Shown one piece after another: positions 56,975-64,000 of a stretch of 64,000 bases of DNA (position 1 is the first letter of the stretch; each line of letters starts with the position of its first letter). The DNA lies in the NCBI GenBank assembly GCA_044225365.1, contig JBGAIQ010000001.1:64001-128000 (forward strand), read 5' to 3'. The notes below the pieces were generated by a model that saw nothing but the letters and a program-made list of their open reading frames with translations, had not been told where the DNA came from and searched no databases. This stretch comes from Planctomycetota bacterium (lineage in GTDB: Bacteria > Planctomycetota > B15-G4 > JADJEK01). Position numbers and translations under genes: made by a program.

Positions 56975-58288
56975 TCAACCGCGCAGCGTCAGATCGAGGT
57001 CGGCGAGCTTCTTCTTGATCTCGAGCAGCGACGTTTGACCGAAATTCTTGCAGGCCAATAGATGGTCTTCCGTGAGCTCGCAGAGCTGGCCGATCGTCGC
57101 GACCTTGAGGGTGTCGAGCGCGCGGCGCGAGCGAACCGAGAGATCGAGGTCTGCGATCGGCTTCGCGCGCACGGCGTCGCGATCGACATCGGAGCGACGG
57201 CGCGGGCCGCCGCCGCGGCGATCGTCATCGTCGGTATGCATCCCGAGCCGCAGGCCCTTGCTGCGCAAGATCTCCTTGATCTCGTTCAGCGAGGTCTCGC
57301 CGAAATTCTTGAAGGACAGGAGTTCCGCCTCGGTCTTGCGGATGAGGTCGCCAAGCGAACGGATGTTCATCCGAGCGAGGCAGTTTCGCGAGCGGACGGA
57401 GAGTTCGAAGTCGGTGACCGGGATCTTCAGGATCTGGGCGCGCTTGTCGTCCTTGCGCTCCTTCTCCTCGTCGTAGAACATCTCGACCGACGCCTGAGCG
57501 TCGACGCTGTACATGCGACCGAGCGGATGGTTGTAGTCGTGCGCGAGCACGAGTCGGTAGCAGCTCGCCGCACGGTCGTAGTTGCCCGCATCCTCGTACA
57601 GGAGCCCGAGGTTGATGAGGACGCCGACCGGCACCGGGAAGACCTGCTTCAAACGTTCATAGTGTTGGATCGCATCGGCGTCGCGACCCATGAGGTCGAG
57701 GCGATACGCGAGCCGGAACCGCGCGAGGCGATGATCCGGGTTGAGCGACAGCGCGCGCTCGTAGTTCCCGATGGCCGTCGCATAGTCGCCATCGATCTCC
57801 TGGAGGCGCCCCTCGAGGTAGGCCGAGTCCGAGCTGCGCGGATCGGCGGCGGAGACGCTTTGTGCGATCTTCTCGAGCGCGTCGCGGTCTTCGAGACGGG
57901 CGACGGCTTCGCCGAGGACGACGCGGAATTCGATCGGAGCATTTTTGCCCGCGATGTCCTCGAGGAACTTGCGCGCACGCGCAGCATCATCGGCATCGAG
58001 CGCCGTGAGGCCGAGGAGGAACGCGGCGAGGGGCTGGCGCGACTTCTCGAGAGTGATCGCGGCGTCGGCGTTCTTGCCGGCAGCCCACAGTCCGATCGCG
58101 CGCCGCAACGCATTCTGAGCGTCGCCGCTTCCCGCAGGGAACTTCTCGTTCAGGAAACGCAGGAAACTCTCGCGGCGCTCTTCGGTGCGATAGACCTCAC
58201 GACGTAGTTCGAACACATCGCTCGGCGTGAGCGGGTCACGGCGCAATAGTTCGTCGACGTCGATTTCGAGAGCGAGGTTGTTGGTCAT
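56975..58288 (-). CDS. TPR protein with two RNA polymerase alpha-CTD-like domains
   Basis: TPR array, then [10 protein letters not shown]...[12 protein letters not shown] and [10 protein letters not shown]...[12 protein letters not shown]. Confidence 0.9.
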   Translation of the reverse strand: MTNNLALEIDVDELLRRDPLTPSDVFELRREVYRTEERRESFLRFLNEKFPAGSGDAQNALRRAIGLWAAGKNADAAITLEKSRQPLAAFLLGLTALDADDAARARKFLEDIAGKNAPIEFRVVLGEAVARLEDRDALEKIAQSVSAADPRSSDSAYLEGRLQEIDGDYATAIGNYERALSLNPDHRLARFRLAYRLDLMGRDADAIQHYERLKQVFPVPVGVLINLGLLYEDAGNYDRAASCYRLVLAHDYNHPLGRMYSVDAQASVEMFYDEEKERKDDKRAQILKIPVTDFELSVRSRNCLARMNIRSLGDLIRKTEAELLSFKNFGETSLNEIKEILRSKGLRLGMHTDDDDRRGGGPRRRSDVDRDAVRAKPIADLDLSVRSRRALDTLKVATIGQLCELTEDHLLACKNFGQTSLLEIKKKLADLDLTLRG

Positions 58289-58544
58289 TGCGGTTCGCTT
58301 CCTGCGGGTCCTTCAGATACTTCGGCGGATGCTTCGGATCCGGCGCGATGAGTGATCTCGCCACGGATGTACTGCCGCTGAATTGATCTCGCGCCATGCG
58401 TCGCGTATCGTCACGCGTCGCTCGCGAGTTCGAGCGGTCAGTCCTTGCCCTGCACCCGTTTCTCTGGTTGCCTGGCGAGCACGAATCGAACGATTCTAGG
58501 ACGGAAGCAATTCGCGTCAAGAACAGCCTGGACTCTACTGAAAC

Positions 58545-58892
58545 ATGAGTTGCATCTTCTGTCGGATCGTCAAGGGTGAGATTCCGGCGCGCGTCGTGTT
58601 CCAGGACGAGCACGTCCTCGCGTTCCACGACATCCACCCCAAGGCCCCGGTCCACGTCCTCGTGATCCCCAAGATCCATCGCGAGAGCATCGCGGATCTC
58701 GATGACGGGGCGGACGCCGCGCTCGCGGGACGCCTCATCCTCGCGGTGAAAAAGGTCGCGGAAGCGACTGGAATCGCGGTGAAGGGGTATCGCGTCCTCA
58801 GCAACGTGCGCGACGATGGGGGCCAGGAAGTCCCGCACCTTCATTTCCACGTCGTTGGCGGCCGCAGAATTGGCGCCATGCTCCCGAGTTGA
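58545..58892 (+). CDS. Histidine triad (HIT/HinT) nucleotide-binding protein
   Basis: CIFC, DIHPKAPVHVLVIP and HLHFHV. Confidence 0.93.
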   Translation: MSCIFCRIVKGEIPARVVFQDEHVLAFHDIHPKAPVHVLVIPKIHRESIADLDDGADAALAGRLILAVKKVAEATGIAVKGYRVLSNVRDDGGQEVPHLHFHVVGGRRIGAMLPS

Positions 58893-58905
58893 AAGAGACG
58901 AATCG

Positions 58906-59832
58906 ATGTCGTTCTGCCCGAGTTGCCGCCAGGAATACGAGTCCTTTGCCACGGAGTGCCCCGATTGCGAGGTCAAGCTCGTCGCCGAACTTCCCTCGAA
59001 CGATCGCCGCGCGCCCACGACGGCAGGGTTCTTCGTCACCGATGAGCGACTGCGCGATCACGTGATCGCGATGCTTCGCTCGGCGGGAGTGAAGGCCGAG
59101 GGATCGACCGCGGCGAGCCATGGCATTCGGACGGCAGGCTTCGTCATCGAAGTCCCGACGGCGTATGCCCAAGGCGTGGCGTCGGCACTCGGAAACGATC
59201 CCAACCTCGAGGAGATCGAGACGCCTCCGAGCGACCGCTTGCCGCTCGTCGGTGCCTACAAGATCTCGCCGCGCCGCGCCCCCGACGATGCGATCCACGA
59301 GTCGGCCCTGCTCAAGGATCCGGTGCCGATCCTGGTGCGGCGGGGGGAGGAGATCGTTCCGGAGCTCTCTGAACTGGTTCGGCGGGGCGATCCGAAGCTG
59401 CGGGAAGCGGCGCTGGGCGTCGTCTACGCTCTGGGCGCGCGCGGGCGCAAGCTGCTGAACGAACTCCTGCTCCCGCTCGCTCGGGAGAAGCGATCCGAGG
59501 CACTCTTCGCCGCGGCGAAGATCCTGCGCGACATGCGAGCCACGGCAGAGGAGTGGGAGGCCCTGTTCGCCCTGGCGAACGATGCGAAGGCGTCGATCGA
59601 CTCCCGTTGCCTCGCTCTCCACGTTCTCGGCCGCACCGAGATGCTCCCGTTCGGAGTGCGCCTCCTTCCGCTCCTCGACGACGCCGACGAACTGATTCGG
59701 GAGGCGGCCGACGAGGCCATCTGTACGCTCGCGGACGACGACATGGGATTCGAGCCGGAGATGCAGCCGGCGGCGCGCGCGCCGGTCGTCGAGAAGTGGC
59801 GGAAGCACTTCCAGCGCCGCGGAGTCCGGTGA
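58906..59832 (+). CDS. Zn-ribbon plus HEAT-repeat hypothetical protein
   Basis: MSFCPSCRQEY...CPDCEVKLV, with HEAT units (GDPKLREAA, LLDDADELIREAA). Confidence 0.75.
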   Translation: MSFCPSCRQEYESFATECPDCEVKLVAELPSNDRRAPTTAGFFVTDERLRDHVIAMLRSAGVKAEGSTAASHGIRTAGFVIEVPTAYAQGVASALGNDPNLEEIETPPSDRLPLVGAYKISPRRAPDDAIHESALLKDPVPILVRRGEEIVPELSELVRRGDPKLREAALGVVYALGARGRKLLNELLLPLAREKRSEALFAAAKILRDMRATAEEWEALFALANDAKASIDSRCLALHVLGRTEMLPFGVRLLPLLDDADELIREAADEAICTLADDDMGFEPEMQPAARAPVVEKWRKHFQRRGVR

Positions 59833-60025
59833 CGGACCTGGCGGTAGCGAGTCGCTGCGTTCCGTCGCAGCGAGCCGCACACTTTGTCCGGTGAGCGAAG
59901 GATCGCTTGTCGCTGGCGGCGGAGTTTGATAGAAAGTCCCGTTTCGAAAACAGCTTCGGTGCGAGCCGTCGGCGAATGCCGCCGCTTGGTCGCGTCGCAG
60001 CGCTGACGCACGCCCCGAGTCGCTC

Positions 60026-61474
60026 TTGTTCGATTCCATCACGCAAAGCCTGCAGAATGTATTCTCGCGCTTCTCGCGTAGCGGGAAGCTCAGCGAGGAC
60101 AACATTCATGAAGGCCTGAGGGAGATCCGGCAGGCGCTGCTCGAAGCCGACGTGAACTTCAAGGTCGCGAAGGACCTGATCCAACAGGTCACTGACCGCG
60201 CCGTCGGGCAGAAAGTAATCGAGTCGGTTCGGCCCGATCAGCAGATCGTCAAGATCTTCCACGACGTGCTCGCCGAATTCATGGCGGGTGGGGGACCGCT
60301 CGCTCTCGTCGGCAGCGGTCCGATCGTGATCATGCTCTGCGGCCTCCAGGGCTCGGGCAAGACGACCACCGCGGGCAAGCTCGCGAATCTGATCCGTCGC
60401 AAGGGCCGGCATCCGATGCTCGTCGCCGCGGACCTGCAACGTCCCGCGGCCGTCGAGCAGCTCACCGTGCTCGGCAAGCAGCTCGACGTTCCCGTCTACA
60501 AGGCCACCGGGAAATCGCCTCCCGATGTCTGCGTCGAAGGTGTTCAGTTCGCGAAGGCGAACGGACGCGACGTGGTGATCCTCGACACCGCAGGGCGCCT
60601 CCACATCGACGAACCGCTGATGGCGGAACTCTCCGAGGTGAAGGCCCGCGTCAAGCCGCACCATATCCTGCTCGTCACCGATGCGATGACCGGTCAGGAC
60701 GCGGTGAACTCCGCGAAGGCATTCCACGATCGACTCGGCATCGATGGCGTGATCCTGACGAAGCTGGATGGCGACACTCGAGGTGGTGCCGCGATCTCGA
60801 TCAAGGCCGTCACCGGCGCGGCGATCCGCTACATCGGCGTCGGCGAGAAGCTCGACAACCTCGAGGAGTTCCACGCCGATCGTCTCGCTTCGCGCATCCT
60901 GGGCATGGGGGACGTCGTCTCGCTCGTCGAGCGCGCGCAGTCCGTCATCGAGGAGAAGCAGGCCGAGGCGGCCGTCGTCAAGCTGCTGCAGGACGAGTTC
61001 ACGTTCGAGGACTTCCTGTTCCAGTTGCGAGCGATGAAGAAGCTCGGTCCATTGAAGGACGTCCTCGGCATGATGCCGGGTGGCCTCGGGGCGCAACTGA
61101 AGGACGTGCCGATCCACGACAAGATGCTGGATCACGTCGAGGCGATGATCTGTTCGATGACGCGCGAAGAGCGTCTGCGGCCGGACGTGCTCGATGGGTC
61201 GCGGCGACGACGGATCGCTCGCGGTTCGGGGCGCACGGTCGAAGACGTGAACCAGCTCCTGAAGCAGTATCAGGGCATGCGCACGATGATGAAGCAACTG
61301 AAGAGCGGCGGCATGTTCGGTCGGCTCGCGGCGAAGATGATGCCGGGCGGCGGCGGAGCGCTCAAGGACTACAAGGCTTCCCAGGTCGAAGCGCTGCGCG
61401 CGAAGGGCAAGCTCGATCAGAAGCGCAAGAAGATGGAACGACAAGCGCGCAAAGCGAATCGCAAGCGGCGCTGA
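60026..61474 (+). CDS. ffh: Signal recognition particle protein Ffh
   Basis: ALLEADV, GLQGSGKTTT, DTAGR, TKLDGD, RILGMGD and M-domain SRRRRIARGSG. TTG start. Confidence 0.97.
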   Translation: MFDSITQSLQNVFSRFSRSGKLSEDNIHEGLREIRQALLEADVNFKVAKDLIQQVTDRAVGQKVIESVRPDQQIVKIFHDVLAEFMAGGGPLALVGSGPIVIMLCGLQGSGKTTTAGKLANLIRRKGRHPMLVAADLQRPAAVEQLTVLGKQLDVPVYKATGKSPPDVCVEGVQFAKANGRDVVILDTAGRLHIDEPLMAELSEVKARVKPHHILLVTDAMTGQDAVNSAKAFHDRLGIDGVILTKLDGDTRGGAAISIKAVTGAAIRYIGVGEKLDNLEEFHADRLASRILGMGDVVSLVERAQSVIEEKQAEAAVVKLLQDEFTFEDFLFQLRAMKKLGPLKDVLGMMPGGLGAQLKDVPIHDKMLDHVEAMICSMTREERLRPDVLDGSRRRRIARGSGRTVEDVNQLLKQYQGMRTMMKQLKSGGMFGRLAAKMMPGGGGALKDYKASQVEALRAKGKLDQKRKKMERQARKANRKRR

Positions 61475-61522
61475 TGGATCGCACGGACAACCTCAAACTC
61501 AACTTTCACACGGAGTGATGCA

Positions 61523-61798
61523 ATGGCAGTTCGAATTCGACTGAAGCGGATGGGACGCAAGAATCGGCCGTTCTGGCGAATCTGCGTGTTCGACGCACGC
61601 GTCCGCCGCGACGGCGAGACGATCGAGGACCTCGGCTTCTACGACACGCTCGCGAACGACCCGGCGAAGGTCATGAAGATCAACGCCGAGCGCGCGAAGT
61701 ACTGGCTCTCCGTCGGTGCGAAGCCGACCGAGATCGTGCGCCAGATCCTCAAGAAGTCGGGTGTGACGAAGACGGCGGCGGCGAAGGTCGACGCATGA
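61523..61798 (+). CDS. rpsP: 30S ribosomal protein S16
   Basis: MAVRIRLKRMGRKNRPFWRI...RDG..IE.LG.Y...WLSVGAKPT. Confidence 0.97.
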   Translation: MAVRIRLKRMGRKNRPFWRICVFDARVRRDGETIEDLGFYDTLANDPAKVMKINAERAKYWLSVGAKPTEIVRQILKKSGVTKTAAAKVDA

Positions 61799-62448
61799 CG
61801 CCAAAAGCAACGGGAGCGGGCGGCAAGGATATTCCTCCGGGCGGCCCGAAGAAGCTGAAGAACCACCTCGACCGACTCGAGAAGGAGTACGGCTCGGTGG
61901 AGCTTCTCGAGGGCAAGCCGGCGCTCGAACAAGCCGTCTTCCTGATCCTTCGCGAGGGCAGCAATACGCGCAAGGCGCAGCGTGCTCTCAAGATCCTGGA
62001 GCAGGAATACGTCGAGTGGAACGAACTTCGCGTCGCAACGCCGAAGGAGATCGTCGCAGTCCTTGCGGAGGTCGGCCTCAACGACGTCGACGACAAGATC
62101 TCGCGGCTGCTCGCGTTGCTCTCGCGTCTGTTCTACGACTTCCACAAGAAGGACCTCGAGTTCGTGAAGATCTTCGAAGCGCCTCAGCGCCAGAAGATCA
62201 TGAACTCGCTGTCGCCGCTCGGTCCGCACATCACGAACGTGATGCTGCAGTATTTCGAGGACGTCTCGCTCGAGCCGCAAGGGCTGATCGTCACGCAAGA
62301 GGAAGTGAACGCTCTCGTTCGCCTCGGAGTGATGCGGAAGACGTCGAGCCTCAACGTGGCGCGCAAGCTCGCCGAGAAGCTCGTGCCGAAGGCAGAATGG
62401 AATCGGTTCCACTTCCTCATCCAGCGCGAAGACGAAGCCTCGGCGTGA
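61795..62448 (+). CDS. Hypothetical protein resembling the helical part of endonuclease III/HhH-GPD proteins
   Basis: ALK.L..EYVEWNELRV.TP.EI motif. No Fe-S Cys cluster. ATGA overlap with rpsP. Confidence 0.55.
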   Translation: MTPKATGAGGKDIPPGGPKKLKNHLDRLEKEYGSVELLEGKPALEQAVFLILREGSNTRKAQRALKILEQEYVEWNELRVATPKEIVAVLAEVGLNDVDDKISRLLALLSRLFYDFHKKDLEFVKIFEAPQRQKIMNSLSPLGPHITNVMLQYFEDVSLEPQGLIVTQEEVNALVRLGVMRKTSSLNVARKLAEKLVPKAEWNRFHFLIQREDEASA

Positions 62449-62470
62449 TCCACGATCCGCGGGAACGGTG

Positions 62471-63085
62471 ATGACGAGTCCGGCGTTGCGCTGCGATCTG
62501 CCTCTCGTTCTCGCGTCCGCATCGCCACGCCGTTCGTCGTTGCTCGAGTCGCGCGGCTACCGTTTCACGGTAAGGCCGAGCGAGGTCGACGAGACCCCGC
62601 CCGCGGGTCTCACGCCGCCCGCGATCGCCGAGACCCTAGCACTGCGCAAACTACGAGTCGTTGTGCCGAGCGTCGCCTCGGGCGTCGTGATCGCCGCGGA
62701 CACCATCGTCGTCGCGCGCGGGGACTTGCTCGGCAAGCCGCTCGACGCGGCCGACGCGCAGCGCATGCTGCGCACCTTGTCCGGCACGACCCATGACGTG
62801 ATCACGGGAGTCGCCCTCGGCTGGGCGCCGCGGGGACACGAGATCGTGGCGTCGAAGACGACCCGCGTGACGATGCGAGTGCTCACGGACGCCGAGATCG
62901 AAGGGTACATCGCTTCCGGTGAACCCTTCGGGAAGGCGGGGTCCTATGCGATCCAAGAGACGGGAGATCGGTTCGTGACGGCGATCGATGGGCCCTTCGA
63001 CAACGTCGTCGGCTTTCCGCTAGACCTGTTCGAGCGACTGCTCGCGGCGTTGCTTGTTACGATGCAGCCGGTGCGCGGCGAGTGA
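62471..63085 (+). CDS. maf: Maf-family nucleoside triphosphate pyrophosphatase
   Basis: LVLASASPRR, AADTIV, GKP, LSG..H.V.TG, GKAGSYAIQ and NVVGFP. Confidence 0.93.
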   Translation: MTSPALRCDLPLVLASASPRRSSLLESRGYRFTVRPSEVDETPPAGLTPPAIAETLALRKLRVVVPSVASGVVIAADTIVVARGDLLGKPLDAADAQRMLRTLSGTTHDVITGVALGWAPRGHEIVASKTTRVTMRVLTDAEIEGYIASGEPFGKAGSYAIQETGDRFVTAIDGPFDNVVGFPLDLFERLLAALLVTMQPVRGE

Positions 63086-63107
63086 CGCGCCGCGAGCGAG
63101 GACCGAG

Positions 63108-63707
63108 ATGAAGTGCGACTTCCTGCGAACGAGGAACTGCGGTTCGATCGCGTTGTTCCTGATCGGCATGGCGACCGTGGGTTGTTCGGTCAGCGCGTGC
63201 AGCGACAAGGCCGTCGGATACACCATCCCTGCGAATTGGCCGCGTCCCAAGTTCGAGACGGACAAGGCGTCGGTCGACGGTCACGAGGTCACGATCGAGA
63301 TCGCGGATACGACCGTGCTCCGGCGCTACGGCTACATGTTCGTGTCGCCAGGACCGAACGACGAGCAGGGGATGCTCTTCATCTATCCCGCGCCGATGGA
63401 TCTCACGTTCTGGATGCGGAACACGCGCGTGCCGCTCGATCTCCTCTTCCTCGACGAGGAAGGGACGATCGTGAACATCCATCGGGAGATGGTGCCTGGC
63501 AAGGAAGACGGCGACTATCGTGCGCTGAAGAAGTGTCGCTTCGCCCTCGAACTCCGAGGTGGCTGGTGCGATCGATATCACGTCTTCGCTGGCAAGAAGG
63601 TGGAGATTCCGGAAGCCGTACGCCGCCGCCCGGCGGAAGAGAACCTGCGGCTCGAGGACACTTCGGACGGGAACATCCCGAGCTTCCCCGTGGAACCGGG
63701 ACACTGA
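63108..63707 (+). CDS. DUF192-family exported protein
   Basis: EIADT, GMLFIY, FWMRNTRVPLDLLF and ALEL. Hydrophobic leader with Cys. Confidence 0.88.
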   Translation: MKCDFLRTRNCGSIALFLIGMATVGCSVSACSDKAVGYTIPANWPRPKFETDKASVDGHEVTIEIADTTVLRRYGYMFVSPGPNDEQGMLFIYPAPMDLTFWMRNTRVPLDLLFLDEEGTIVNIHREMVPGKEDGDYRALKKCRFALELRGGWCDRYHVFAGKKVEIPEAVRRRPAEENLRLEDTSDGNIPSFPVEPGH

Positions 63708-63842
63708 AGTAGCCTCCAGCGGGGAGTTGAGTCCGCGCCTGCGAGCGATTAGACTGTTTCCCTTTTCGCCACCCGCGCCGGAACGGTCGTTGCCGACAGG
63801 CCGAAGGCGGCAGTCACCCGCGGTAGCTGGGAGCCGATGGTC

Positions 63843-64000
63843 ATGCGAGCTGGAATCCACCCCGAATACGTCCGTTGCCAGGTCTCCTGCGGTTGCGGCA
63901 ACAAGTTCATCACCCGATCGACGAAGACCGAGATCCACGTCGAGATCTGCTCGGCTTGCCATCCGTTCTACACGGGCAAGCAGAAGTTCGTCGACACCGC
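63843..64000 (+). CDS. rpmE: 50S ribosomal protein L31 (Zn-binding type), 3'-truncated by the window edge
   Basis: MRAGIHPEY...CGCGNKF.TRST...[19 protein letters not shown]. Confidence 0.95.
   Translation, partial: MRAGIHPEYVRCQVSCGCGNKFITRSTKTEIHVEICSACHPFYTGKQKFVDT

Noticed and set aside
63710-63842. Possible ribosomal-protein leader upstream of rpmE
   Set aside because: Only short GC hairpins are visible, with no recognisable conserved motif.

Overview
GC-rich, gene-dense chromosomal window. It is most likely from a Planctomycetota bacterium, inferred from the TPR + tandem RNAP alpha-CTD protein, the large membrane Ser/Thr kinase, the many HEAT/TPR envelope proteins and the 'GKIFVVLNLV' coiled-coil membrane protein. 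No mobile element, prophage or CRISPR array was seen. Housekeeping genes include gpmI, moeA, lnt, serA, yajC, mnmA, miaB, ribD, ruvA, ffh, rpsP, maf, rpmE (partial), tRNA-Ala(CGC) and tRNA-Sec. The most notable block spans about 18.8-37.9 kb. It holds a coiled-coil protein and a 55-aa membrane microprotein, then a complete elongasome (mreB, internally duplicated mreC, mreD, pbp2, rodA) running into a family III CoA-transferase. Next comes a bacterial microcompartment locus (2 BMC-H, 2 BMC-T, acylating aldehyde dehydrogenase, Cys-rich accessory protein; no pentamer, signature enzyme or phosphotransacylase) and a rhodanese/DoxX pair. These converge on an amino-sugar recycling operon (kinase-murQ-nagA), followed by selC and a nucleotidyltransferase-GT2 fusion preceded by a structured, terminator-ended non-coding RNA. 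Elsewhere are a secreted Gly/Ser/Asn-rich protein with NPF/FG repeats, a TPR lipoprotein with an HExxH motif and a Zn-finger/TM/coiled-coil/HEAT protein. All calls come from reading motifs by eye; no database search was run.
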